The notes: generated by a model not told the origin, from the letters alone. DNA of 49,997 bases from Paracraurococcus sp. (GCA_049315625.1 JBMOJU010000001.1:1-49997); one strand, 5' to 3'. Shown: positions 1-9,132, numbered from the stretch's first letter. A program made the numbers and translations.

Positions 1-1095
1 CTTCTCGACCGCCCGCATCAGGCCGATATTGCCTTCCTGGATCAGGTCGCCCAGCAGCAGGCCGCGGTTGCGGTACTTGCGGGCGATGTGCACCACCAGG
101 CGCAGGTTGGCCCGCGTCAGCTCCTCCTTCGCCTTCCGCATGTCGCGCTCGCCGCGGCTCATCTCCGCGTGCAGGCGGCGCAGCGCCGGCGCGGCGACGC
201 CGGCCTCGGCCTCCACCAGCCCGACCTCGGCGCGGATCTCGCGCAGCTCGCCGGCGGCCGTCTTCAGCTTGGTGCAGAGCTTGGCCGTCCCGGCCTCGCC
301 ATTGTCCCAGTGCTTCAGGAAGTCGTCGCGGCTCACCTTAGCCGCCGTCGCCAGCCGCAGCGCGCGGCCATCCAGGCCCGTGAGGCGCCGATGCGCCGCG
401 CGCACCGCCTCGATCAGCGTCTCGATCCGGTCGGCGCGCAGCCGCAGCGCCGCGACCAGCCCGGCGGTCACGGTGGCCGGCGAGTCGGCCGGGTTGTTCA
501 GCGCCGCCTCGAAGGCGACCAGGATTTCAGGCCGCAGCCGCTGGTCGAGCGTGCCTTCGGCCGCCTCGCCCTCCTCGCCCTCGGCCGGCGCCTCGGCGGC
601 GGCGGCCATGGCCTCCAGCTCCACCAGGTCGCGCAGCGGCAGCTGCCCGGCGGCGACGGCATCGCGCCAGGCGGCGAGCTGGGCGCGCGTCGCCGGGCAG
701 GCGCCGAGCGCCCCCAGCATCGCCTCGCGCCCGGCCTCGATCCGCTGGGCGAGCGCCACTTCCTGCTCGCGCGTCAGCAATTCGGTGCGCGAGGCCTCGC
801 GCAGGAACATACGCACCGGGTCGTCGGTGCGGCCCAGCGCGGCCTCGTCGTAATTACCGGCGGCGGGTTGCGCGGCCTCGGCGGCGGGGGCGGCCTCGCC
901 GTCCTCGGTTTCCTCGGCCAAGTCCTCGGGGGCGTCGTCAGCCTCCTCGGTCGTCTCGCCGTCCTCCCAGGCGGGAAGGTCATCGCCCGGGACGCGGGCC
1001 ACCAATTCCTCGAAGGCCGGCGCGCCGAGGGGGCGCGAGACGCGCAGCTCGGTCTCGCTCTCGTCCAGCATCGTCTCGGTGACAAACCCGTCCAT
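1..1095 (-). CDS. RpoD-like sigma-70 factor, divergent paralogue (3' part outside window)
   Basis: Not in the ORF track (runs off the edge). Manual translation from ATG 1095 (AGGAG upstream) gives an acidic N-terminus, region 1.2 [34 protein letters not shown] and regions 2.1-2.2 [44 protein letters not shown]. Confidence 0.9.
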   Translation of the reverse strand, partial: MDGFVTETMLDESETELRVSRPLGAPAFEELVARVPGDDLPAWEDGETTEEADDAPEDLAEETEDGEAAPAAEAAQPAAGNYDEAALGRTDDPVRMFLREASRTELLTREQEVALAQRIEAGREAMLGALGACPATRAQLAAWRDAVAAGQLPLRDLVELEAMAAAAEAPAEGEEGEAAEGTLDQRLRPEILVAFEAALNNPADSPATVTAGLVAALRLRADRIETLIEAVRAAHRRLTGLDGRALRLATAAKVSRDDFLKHWDNGEAGTAKLCTKLKTAAGELREIRAEVGLVEAEAGVAAPALRRLHAEMSRGERDMRKAKEELTRANLRLVVHIARKYRNRGLLLGDLIQEGNIGLMRAVEK

Positions 1096-1791
1096 CACTC
1101 GATCCACTCCTGCGCGGGCCCCGTGCAGGGGTCCCGCATGCATGTCGGCCGGCGCCAGGGTGGCGCGACCCCTGAACGGCGAAACGCCCGCCGGGCCGCA
1201 AAGGCGGCACGGGCGAGGTTTCGGCCGTGGGGGAAGCACGCGACGTGGCGCACGGGGGATGTGGTGATAGACGCAAGCGTTAACCAGCCCCGCTGCGCAA
1301 TTGGCAGGGCTGGGTTGCGTCGGGGGCATGGGTGCTGCCCGAGCAGGTCTCTAGGCACCGGGAGCGGGGCGGGTCAAGGCCGGGCGGTGGGAATTGGGTT
1401 GACTTTTCGTGAGGGCGAAGGCGCCAGACATCAACGCCAGGGGGGCGTCGCTCTGCACGCCCCAAACGGGAAAGCGGGCTGTATCACGCCCCGGTGGGTG
1501 GCCAGAACGGGCGGTTTGCATCGATCCCCCCGGCTGGGCTTCGGGAGGAGCAAGGTCAGGACGCTGCGTCGGCCGCACAGCGCCGCCTTCGAGCGGCAGG
1601 TCGCTGAGCATTTCATCACAGGTGCGACGTTATTCGCCCCGGTGCAGCGGCATGACGTCCCGCGGCAGGTGATCCGGATCCGGGTCGGCAAATCCGGGAT
1701 CGGTGCGCTGGCTGGCGGCGTGCCGGCCGCCGAGCGGCGGCCTGGCCAAGGCTCGGGATGGCCCTGCCCATAGCGGCTGCATCTTCCAGCG

Positions 1792-1827
1792 CAGGGCTTT
1801 CGTCACCCTTCGGGTCCGAAAGCCCTG
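1792..1827. terminator. Strong hairpin downstream of the amidase (terminator or REP-like)
   Basis: CAGGGCTTTCG / CGAAAGCCCTG perfect 11-bp arms with inner ACCC-TTC-GGGT; ~30 nt past the amidase stop; no U-tract on either strand. Confidence 0.45.
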
Positions 1828-1857
1828 TCTGAAACACCCCTGGTCAGGGTTGGACAC

Positions 1858-3267
1858 TCAGCCCGGCGGCAAGGCCCGGTGCCACTCCGTCAGCCCCTGG
1901 TAGGCATCTGCCGCGCGCAGCACAGTCGCTTCCGCAAAGGGCCGCCCGGCCAATTGCAGCCCCACCGGCAGGCCGCGATCGTCGAAGCCGCACGGCACGC
2001 TGATGGTCGGCAGGCCCAGGTAGTTGAACGGCCGCGTATTGGCCGAGACCGCCATGAAGCGCGCCCAGTTGGCCGGGTCGGCGTCGATGTCGGTCTCCGC
2101 CAGGGTCGGCACCCGGGTTCGCAGGGTCGGCGTCGCCACCAGGTCGTAGCCGGTCAGCGTCTCGGCGACGAATTGCCGTAGCAGCGGGCCGCGCCGCGAC
2201 AGGCCTTCCAGGTACAGATGCCCGGGGATCGCGTAGCCGCCGAACAGCCGCGACGACAGGTGGATGGCATAGTCGCCCGGATGCTCGCGCATCCAGTTGG
2301 CGTGGATCGCCGCACCCTCCACCCGGCTGACCAGCGCGGTATAGGCTGCGATGGCGCGGAGGCTCGGCGCCTTCACCCGGGTGATGCTGGCGCCTGCCTC
2401 CTTCAGCACCGCCAACGCCGCGTCGAAGGCCGTAACGACAGGGGCGTCGGCGCCATCCAGGAAGTAGGTCTCGCAGACCGCGACCCGCAGGCCGGCGAGG
2501 CTGCCGGTCAGCGCCGCCTCGTAGTCGGGCACCGCCTCCGGCGCGCTGGTCGGATCCTTGGGGTCCTTGCCGGCCGTCACCGCGAGGAAGCGCGCCGCGT
2601 CGCGCGCGGTGCGGACCAGCGGCCCGACATTGTCGGCCGAAAAGCTGAGCGGCATCACGCCGTGGCGGGAGACGCGGGTCTGCGTCGCCTTCAGCCCGGT
2701 GACCCCGCAGAGCGTCGCCGGCAACCGGATGGACCCGCCGGTGTCGGAGCCCAGCGCCGCGGTAAAGAAGCGGGCGGCAACGCCGGCGCCGGAGCCGGAG
2801 GAGGAGCCGCCGGTGCAGTAATCCAGGTTCCAGGGATTGTGGCAGTCGCCGAAATGCGCGTTGTGGCCGGTCGGGTTCTGCGCGAACTCCGCCATGTTCA
2901 GCGTGCCCATGTCGATCGCGCCGGCCGCGTCGAGGCGATGCAGCACGGTGGCAGTGACGGCGGGCTTGAAGTCCTTGCGGATCTTCGAGCCACAGGTGCT
3001 CACCTTTCCGGCACGGTAGTACATGTCCTTGTGCATCATCGGCGCGCCGGCCAGCGCGCCGAGCGTGACGCCGGCGGCGCGCGCCTTGTCCTGCGCCGCG
3101 GCCTGCTCCAGCGCCGCCTCGCGGTCCAGACGGATGACGGCGTTCACCTTGCCATCATGCGCGTCGATGCGAGCGAGGCAGGCGCGAACCATGGCCTCGG
3201 CCGTGACCTCGCCGCGGGCGAAAGAGCCGGCGGCCTCGGTCATCGAGAGGGTGGCAAGGTCGCTCAC
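1858..3267 (-). CDS. Amidase-signature family protein (GatA/AtzE-like)
   Basis: MHKDMY, GGSSSGS and GSDTGGSIR (Lys-cisSer-Ser triad); GTG start overlaps the upstream stop (GTGA). Confidence 0.92.
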   Translation of the reverse strand: MSDLATLSMTEAAGSFARGEVTAEAMVRACLARIDAHDGKVNAVIRLDREAALEQAAAQDKARAAGVTLGALAGAPMMHKDMYYRAGKVSTCGSKIRKDFKPAVTATVLHRLDAAGAIDMGTLNMAEFAQNPTGHNAHFGDCHNPWNLDYCTGGSSSGSGAGVAARFFTAALGSDTGGSIRLPATLCGVTGLKATQTRVSRHGVMPLSFSADNVGPLVRTARDAARFLAVTAGKDPKDPTSAPEAVPDYEAALTGSLAGLRVAVCETYFLDGADAPVVTAFDAALAVLKEAGASITRVKAPSLRAIAAYTALVSRVEGAAIHANWMREHPGDYAIHLSSRLFGGYAIPGHLYLEGLSRRGPLLRQFVAETLTGYDLVATPTLRTRVPTLAETDIDADPANWARFMAVSANTRPFNYLGLPTISVPCGFDDRGLPVGLQLAGRPFAEATVLRAADAYQGLTEWHRALPPG

Positions 3268-3476
3268 TGGCCGGTCTCCATGCAGTCGCGCAGCGCCGCT
3301 TCGAAGCCGCTCGGCTCGTCCTCGAAGGCCATGGTGCCGCGCAGCAATTCCAGTTCGGCGATCAGCGCGGCGTGATCGGCCAGGCCGTGGCGGGCCGCGG
3401 CATTGGGCACGGCGACGCCGCTCCAGCGGCGGATCGCCTCCATGGTCGGGACGACGAGATCGGGTTCGGTCGGCAT
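3264..3476 (-). CDS. 70-aa protein translationally coupled to the amidase (possible GatC/AtzG-like accessory subunit)
   Basis: MPTEPDLVVPTMEAIRRWSG...FEDEPSGFEAALRDCMETGQ; GAGGGAG RBS; stop overlaps the amidase start. Confidence 0.75.
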   Translation of the reverse strand: MPTEPDLVVPTMEAIRRWSGVAVPNAAARHGLADHAALIAELELLRGTMAFEDEPSGFEAALRDCMETGQ

Positions 3477-3612
3477 GGCTCTCCCCTCGGGCACAGGCGC
3501 CTTCAGGGCGGCGGGAAGCAAGGCGCATGCCCCGGCATCGGCGACGACGGAATCGTTGAAGCGACTCGGCCAGGTATTTTATTCTGTATGCGTTACTTCC
3601 GGAGACCTAAGC

Positions 3613-3825
3613 ATGCGCCGTCTTGGTCTTTCCCTCGCCCTGCTCGCCTGCGCCGGGCTGCCCGCCCTGGCGGCGGATCCCAAGCCGAAGCGGGAGCCGA
3701 CGCCGGCCCAGCAGGCACAGCATGCGAAGATGCGCGCGTGCAGCGCCGCAGCGAAGGACAAGGGCCTGCATGCCGACCCACGCAAGGCATTCATGAAGGA
3801 ATGCCTGGCGAAGAAGCCCGCCTGA
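3613..3825 (+). CDS. PsiF-repeat secreted protein
   Basis: Signal peptide, then PTPAQQAQHAKMRACSAAAKDKGLHADPRKAFMKECL (PsiF-type two-Cys repeat); GGAG RBS. Confidence 0.85.
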   Translation: MRRLGLSLALLACAGLPALAADPKPKREPTPAQQAQHAKMRACSAAAKDKGLHADPRKAFMKECLAKKPA

Positions 3826-3843
3826 CTACGCGGCCTTGGGGAC

Positions 3844-5790
3844 TCAGCGCCGGCCCTGCGACGCCCGCCCCGCCTGGGTCAGCCGCTCGCACTGGCTGTT
3901 CTCTCCGACGCCGAGCTGGATGGTTGGCAGCAGCGCCAGCGGCGGGAACAGCACGCCGAGGCCCACCGCGGCGCCGGCCCGGGCGCCCAATTCCCCGGCA
4001 TCGGGGGCGATGCCCGGCGCCTTGAAGCTGCCGGTGATGCCGATGCTGGTGGGCAGCGAGCCGATGCTGAACCGCTTGCTCTCGGTCCGCAGCCGCAGGT
4101 CCAGCACCTCCTTCCCCAGCCCGGCGGTCCCGCTGCCGGTGACCACATGGCTTTCCGTGTCCAGCAGCAGCGTGCGGACCGACAGCGCCCCCTGGCGCAG
4201 GCCGAAATCGCCGATCAGGCAGTCGATCTGGGTGCGGTCGGGGATGCCCAGCGCCGAAAGCAGCGCGCGGCCGAATTGCAGGCCGGACAAATCGGCCAGC
4301 AACGCGCTGATGTTGCCGCCGACCGAGACCACGGTGAGCGACCCGTTGCCGTTGCCCAGCATCTCCGACAGCGAGCGGCCGGTGGTCTCGATCTCCCCTA
4401 CGCCCCCCAGGCTGCCGGCGCCGCCGGCCCCCGCCGCCTGCATCAGCCGGGCGATGTCGACCCGGCGCAGCTCGATCGCCGTCTTCGCCCGCAGCATGCC
4501 GTTCGCCTGCGGGGTCAGCGTGGCGTCGCCGCTGATCTCGCCGCGGCCGATGCGAAACATACCGCGATGCAGCCGGATGACGCCGTCCACCACGTCGACC
4601 GCCAGCTCCAGCGCGTCGAAGGGCATGCCCTGGCCGCGGATGCTGTCGGCCCGGTAGCGGACATGAATATCGGCGGCCTGGAGCCGGGGGATGCTGATCG
4701 GCGTGGTGGGAAAGAGCCGCGGGCTGGCCGCGGCCTGCGCCAGCGCGCGGCGCTGCTCCGGCGTCTGGCCGGGCGTGCCGGCGCGGCCCGGGGTGCCGCC
4801 GATCAGGCCGCCGAGATCGGCCAGGTCGACCTTCCGCGAATGCAGATCGGCCGTGAAATCCGTGCGGGCGCCGGTGCTGACGGTATAGCTGCCGGCGATG
4901 TCGCTGGTGCCGACCTGGCCCTCCACATCGGTGAAGCGGAACCGGCCGGCGGCATAGTCCAACCGCCCGGTGGCCCGGAAGGGCGGCGTGGGCGAGAGCG
5001 GCACCCCGATCAGCGGCGAGAGCCGCGCCATGTCGGGGGTCTGGACATCCAGCCGCAGCTCGGCGCCGGCCAGGTTCACCGGGTCCTTCAGCGTGCCGCG
5101 CAGCGCCACCCGGGTCAGGCCGTTGGCCAGGTGCAGGTCCACCGGCCAGGGCCGCCCGGCATCGCGCAGGTTCAGCACGGCGCCGCCGCGGAACCGCGCG
5201 GTGATGGGCTGCGCCGCATAGGTCCCGGTCGCCTCCGCCATCAGCGCCGCCTCGCCGCCCGGCGGGTCCTCGGTGTTCAGCCCGACGGCGAAATCGGCCT
5301 GCAGCCTGGCGAGGGCGGCGTGCACCCGGCCATCGGCGATGCGCAGCGCGCCGATCTGCGGCCCCGCGGGCGCCGCCCCCTCGCCGGCCGGCCCGGCGGT
5401 GCCGCCGAAGGCGTAATTGCTGCTGCCGTCTTCGCGGCCGATCAGGGCGACCCGCGGCCGGTCCAGCGCCACCGCCGGGATCACCACGCTACCGCGCAGC
5501 AGCGGCGCCAGTGCCACATCCACCACCGTACGCGGCAGGTCGGCGAAGGGCGGCTCGTCCGGGAAGCCGGGCGGATTGCCGATCCGCAGCCCCTCCGCCG
5601 TCACCGTGATGGTGCGGCCGAGCCGGACATTCAGGTGCCGCAGCGTCACCGGCCGGCCGAGCGCCGCCGTGCCCTGCGCTTCGACGACCGGGATCAGCCA
5701 GTCCCAGCGGAACAGCGCCAGCAGCAGCACCAGCGCCACCAGCGGGATCCCTGCCCCCACCCCCCAACGCCATACCCGACGATATGCCAT
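3844..5790 (-). CDS. AsmA family protein (YhjG-like)
   Basis: N-terminal TM helix plus LFRWDWLIPVVE; beta-rich body; C-terminal RAGAAVGLGVLFPPLALLPTIQLG..C. Confidence 0.9.
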   Translation of the reverse strand: MAYRRVWRWGVGAGIPLVALVLLLALFRWDWLIPVVEAQGTAALGRPVTLRHLNVRLGRTITVTAEGLRIGNPPGFPDEPPFADLPRTVVDVALAPLLRGSVVIPAVALDRPRVALIGREDGSSNYAFGGTAGPAGEGAAPAGPQIGALRIADGRVHAALARLQADFAVGLNTEDPPGGEAALMAEATGTYAAQPITARFRGGAVLNLRDAGRPWPVDLHLANGLTRVALRGTLKDPVNLAGAELRLDVQTPDMARLSPLIGVPLSPTPPFRATGRLDYAAGRFRFTDVEGQVGTSDIAGSYTVSTGARTDFTADLHSRKVDLADLGGLIGGTPGRAGTPGQTPEQRRALAQAAASPRLFPTTPISIPRLQAADIHVRYRADSIRGQGMPFDALELAVDVVDGVIRLHRGMFRIGRGEISGDATLTPQANGMLRAKTAIELRRVDIARLMQAAGAGGAGSLGGVGEIETTGRSLSEMLGNGNGSLTVVSVGGNISALLADLSGLQFGRALLSALGIPDRTQIDCLIGDFGLRQGALSVRTLLLDTESHVVTGSGTAGLGKEVLDLRLRTESKRFSIGSLPTSIGITGSFKAPGIAPDAGELGARAGAAVGLGVLFPPLALLPTIQLGVGENSQCERLTQAGRASQGRR

Positions 5791-5852
5791 GCCCACCCGC
5801 TGCTGCCCTGTCCGGGCCAGAGCGCGGCAGGGCTGGGCGGGTTCAGCCGCGA

Positions 5853-6449
5853 TCAGGCGGCGCGGGCGGCCCCCGGCTTGCGCCGCAGCTTCTGCAGCCG
5901 GGACAGCTCCGCCAGCCGGCGATCGAGGAATTGCATGGCGCCGACGATCGACGGGTCCTCGTCCCGCAGCCACCAGGCGATGGTCGAGGCATAGATGCCG
6001 GCCAGGGTGGCGCGGCGGGTATACCAGGAGACATCCGCCGAGGTGTCGCCGGCGGCATGCCACATGGCATCCACCGCCTCCGCGGTCAGGCGCAGGCCGC
6101 GGGGCGCATTCCAGGGCAGGGCCAGCAGGCTGAGCGCCCGGCGCAGCGCCACCTTGTGCGGCCCGAGCGCGGTCAGCCGCAGCTCGACCACCCGCCGGAT
6201 GCGCTGCGAGACGCGCAATTCGGCGACGCCCTCGGCCGCGGCGGCCGCCTCCATCTCCCGGTTCACCAGGTCGATCCAGGCGAGGACCGCGCCGACCGGG
6301 CCGGTCGGGAAGTGGCTGTCCACCAGCACAGGGTCCTCCCCGGCCGCCGCAAGCCCGGCGCGCAGGCTGCTGCGGTTCCAGCCGTCGCGGGCCGCGAAGG
6401 GCAGGATGGCGCGGATCGCCCGGTCGCGGGCCTCGCTGCGCTCGGTCAT
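5853..6449 (-). CDS. COQ9 family (rpsU-divergently transcribed) protein
   Basis: DAMWHAAGDTSADVSWYTRRATLAGIY motif; located near rpsU. Confidence 0.92.
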   Translation of the reverse strand: MTERSEARDRAIRAILPFAARDGWNRSSLRAGLAAAGEDPVLVDSHFPTGPVGAVLAWIDLVNREMEAAAAAEGVAELRVSQRIRRVVELRLTALGPHKVALRRALSLLALPWNAPRGLRLTAEAVDAMWHAAGDTSADVSWYTRRATLAGIYASTIAWWLRDEDPSIVGAMQFLDRRLAELSRLQKLRRKPGAARAA

Positions 6450-6949
6450 CGGCCGGCGCTCCCGGCCGCGCGGGCCAGCTCATCCGTGAAGCCGAACAGC
6501 GAATGGTCCTGCATGCGCATCGGGTACATCACCCCATCCAGATGGTCGGTCTCGTGCTGCATGACGCGGGCGGTCATGCCCTCCGCCTCCCCCGTCACCG
6601 GCGCGCCGGTCGAGTCGAGGCCACGGTAGCGGATACGGCGCGGCCGGGTGACGCAGCCACGCAGGCCGGGAATCGAAAGGCACCCTTCCCAGGCACTCTC
6701 AGTCTCGTCATCCAGCGCCTCCAGCTCGGGATTCATCAGGACGGAGACGCCCGCCACGCCGCGCCAGACGAAAAGCCGCAGCGGCGCATAGACCTGCGGC
6801 GCCGCCAGGCCGATGCCGGAGGCATCGTGCATGGTCTCGATCATGTCGGCGATCAGTCGGCGGATTTCCGGATGGGCCGGGTCGTCGACCGGTTCCGCCT
6901 GCCCCAGCAGGACCGGATGGCCCATGCGGGCGATCTTGAGGATGGACAT
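6446..6949 (-). CDS. def: Peptide deformylase
   Basis: GIGLAAPQ, EGCLS and QHETDHLDG motifs. Confidence 0.96.
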   Translation of the reverse strand: MSILKIARMGHPVLLGQAEPVDDPAHPEIRRLIADMIETMHDASGIGLAAPQVYAPLRLFVWRGVAGVSVLMNPELEALDDETESAWEGCLSIPGLRGCVTRPRRIRYRGLDSTGAPVTGEAEGMTARVMQHETDHLDGVMYPMRMQDHSLFGFTDELARAAGSAGR

Positions 6950-7165
6950 GCGGGCCTCCGCGGCTGTCTGTGCCGCAGCGGGAGATGGGATCGCCATTCC
7001 GCCCCGGCGAGGGCTTCCTGTCCCGGGCCGAAGCATGCTAGACGGCGCGTCTCCGCAATTCGGTAGGGGGTACCGCGCGGGGTCCCGGGGTATCGGGGCC
7101 GCCGGGAACCGCCTGCCCTTTGCGGCTAATTGCTTTTGTCCCACAGCGATAGGAGGCTGGGCCGC

Positions 7166-7369
7166 GTGCAAGTCGTCGTCCGTGACAACAACATCGACCA
7201 GGCGCTGAAGGCGCTCAAGAAGAAGCTGCAGCGCGAAGGCGTGTTCCGCGAAATGAAGCTTCGCCGGCACTACGAGAAGCCGTCCGAGCGCCGGGCCCGC
7301 GAAGCCGCCGAGGCCGTCCGCCGCGCCCGCAAGGTTGAGCGCAAGCGCCTGGAGCGTGAGGGCTTCTGA
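7166..7369 (+). CDS. rpsU: 30S ribosomal protein S21
   Basis: [41 protein letters not shown]; AGGAGG RBS; GTG start. Confidence 0.98.
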   Translation: MQVVVRDNNIDQALKALKKKLQREGVFREMKLRRHYEKPSERRAREAAEAVRRARKVERKRLEREGF

Positions 7370-7414
7370 ACCCTCCCTGCCCGCCAAATGGCGGGCGACG
7401 ACGGATCGAAGCAG

Positions 7415-7458
7415 CCGCGGCACGGGGATGACCCGTGGACCGCGGTTTCGCTTTTTTG
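7415..7458 (+). terminator. Rho-independent terminator after rpsU
   Basis: CCGCGG-CACGGG..CCCGTG-CCGCGG stem followed by TTTCGCTTTTTT. Confidence 0.75.
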
Positions 7459-7536
7459 GGGCTTCAACGACCCTCCGGAGCGGCCCAGACTGCGGCCCGA
7501 GGAGGATCCCCCCATGCACGCGACCCGAACGGCACC

Positions 7537-8148
7537 ATGATGCAATTGCATTGGTCCTCCCGCTCTCCCTTCGTCCGCAAGGTGATGGTGGTGGCGCATG
7601 AGGCTGGGCTGGCCGACCGCATCACGCGCGTGCCGACCGTGGTGGCGCTGACCCGGCTCGACCAATCGCTGTTGCCGCGCAACCCGCTGGGCAAGATCCC
7701 CACCCTGGTGCTGGAGGACGGCACCACACTCTTCGACTCGGTGGTGATCTGCGAATACCTGGACGGGCTGGGCGGCGCGCCGCGGCTGTTTCCCGCCGCC
7801 GGGCCGGCAAGGATCGCGGCGCTGCGGCGGCATGCGCTCGGCAACGGGGCGATGGATTTCCTGCTGCTCTGGCGCGGCGAACTGGCCCGGACGCCGCCCG
7901 ACCAGCGCATCCTGGATGGCTTCGCCGCCAAGCTGGATGCCGTGCTGGCGGCCTTCGAGGCCGATGTGCCGGCGCTGTCGGCGGCGCCCTTCGGCATCGG
8001 CCAGGTGGCGATCGGTTGCGCGCTCTCCTACCTCGATTTCCGCTGGCCGGAGGCGGGCTGGCGCGAGGCGCGCCCGGCGCTTGCCGCTTGGCATGCCGGG
8101 TTCAGGGCGCGTCCCTCGGTCAAGGCGACCGAGCATATCGACGCCTGA
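7537..8148 (+). CDS. Glutathione S-transferase family protein
   Basis: SPFVRKV, NPLGKIPTL, LFDSVVICEYLD and CALSYLDFR motifs. Confidence 0.93.
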   Translation: MMQLHWSSRSPFVRKVMVVAHEAGLADRITRVPTVVALTRLDQSLLPRNPLGKIPTLVLEDGTTLFDSVVICEYLDGLGGAPRLFPAAGPARIAALRRHALGNGAMDFLLLWRGELARTPPDQRILDGFAAKLDAVLAAFEADVPALSAAPFGIGQVAIGCALSYLDFRWPEAGWREARPALAAWHAGFRARPSVKATEHIDA

Positions 8149-8164
8149 CGCGGCAGGCCGTCCG

Positions 8165-8860
8165 TCATCCGTCGATCCGCAGCGCGGCGACGTCCTGCAT
8201 CACCCGGTCGCAGAAGCGACGGATTTGGGCCTCGATCAGCACCCTGGCCCGGCGTGAATCCCGGGCCAGCGCGGCCTCGCAGAGGTCACGGCGCGAATCG
8301 ACCGGGCCGGCATCCTCGGGCCGCAGGCGCGCGGCGAGGGTCCGGTAGCGCTCCTCCCGCAGGCCAAGCCCCGCCCGGATCTCGAGCAGCGTGCGGGACG
8401 GGCAGGCGCCGACCAGCGCATCGTGAAAGGCCCTGCGGCCACGGTTCCAGTCCGGCGACGTGCGGACGGTGCCCGGGCTGGCCTGCTGCCGGGCCGCGTC
8501 CAGCCGCGCGAAGGCCTGCGCCACCGCATCCTGCCAGGCGGCATCGCCGCGCAGGAGGGAGAGGCGAAGCGCCTCCCGCTCGATCAGCAGCAGGGTTTCG
8601 ATCAGGTCGAGCAGGTCGGCGCGCGACACCGGCGCGACGCGGAAGCCGCGCTGGCCCTCGGCCATGACCAGGCCGTCGCGTACCAGATGCGCGAGCGCTT
8701 CCCGCAGGGTGCTGAAACTGGCCCGGTAGCGCTCCCGCAGCGATTCGAAGCGCAGGCGTTCCCCTGGCAGGAGGTGCGCGCCGACGATATCCGCCCGCAT
8801 GCGATGCAGGACGTCGGAGGCCAGGGTGCGGCCGACCAGGGCGTCCGCAGTCGTCGTCAC
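8165..8860 (-). CDS. GntR (FadR/FCD) transcriptional regulator
   Basis: LPGERLRFESLRERY..SFSTLREAL..L..DGLV..GQRGFRV wHTH plus FCD domain; start codon uncertain. Confidence 0.9.
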   Translation of the reverse strand: MTTTADALVGRTLASDVLHRMRADIVGAHLLPGERLRFESLRERYRASFSTLREALAHLVRDGLVMAEGQRGFRVAPVSRADLLDLIETLLLIEREALRLSLLRGDAAWQDAVAQAFARLDAARQQASPGTVRTSPDWNRGRRAFHDALVGACPSRTLLEIRAGLGLREERYRTLAARLRPEDAGPVDSRRDLCEAALARDSRRARVLIEAQIRRFCDRVMQDVAALRIDG

Positions 8861-9015
8861 TGATTTCGTTTCAACCTCCGCGGGTCCAACCGATCGCCAC
8901 GGACCGGTTTTCAGTATGGGGCCGGACAAGTCCAGCGCATGGGATTTGTATAACTCTTCGATCCTCGCCGGCGAATACGCCAGTTTTCGTCCAAGGTTTG
9001 GTCCACACCTCAGTA

Positions 9016-9047
9016 TTTTCGAAATATATCGCGGCTTTTTCGAAATA
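9016..9047. promoter_or_regulatory. Tandem palindromic operator TTTTCGAAATA x2
   Basis: Identical 11-mers at 9016-9026 and 9037-9047 (21-bp period), in the AT-rich divergent region next to the gntR gene. Confidence 0.65.
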
Positions 9048-9132
9048 CACTCCAACCGCGGCACGACGCCGCCCGCGCTGGCCTGCCGGCCGCCCCGGGG
9101 CTAGGCTTCCTCCAGACGGGGGGAATGCGGGC

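Noticed and set aside
1176-1480. Resemblance to c-di-GMP-I (GGGCCGCAAAG) and cobalamin (AAACGGGAAAGCGG) riboswitch motifs
   Set aside because: Only short fragments match, the other conserved elements are absent, and they lie on the strand opposite the sigma gene.
88-1773. Long + strand ORF (561 aa) and similar long ORFs such as 4147-5994 and 19632-22172
   Set aside because: Antisense or off-frame shadows of real genes in high-GC DNA; Arg/Gly/Ala-rich with no motifs.
1351-1857. Two same-frame minus-strand ORFs split by one TAA (possible pseudogene or readthrough)
   Set aside because: No recognisable motif, no clear RBS and atypical codon usage; cannot be supported without a homology search.
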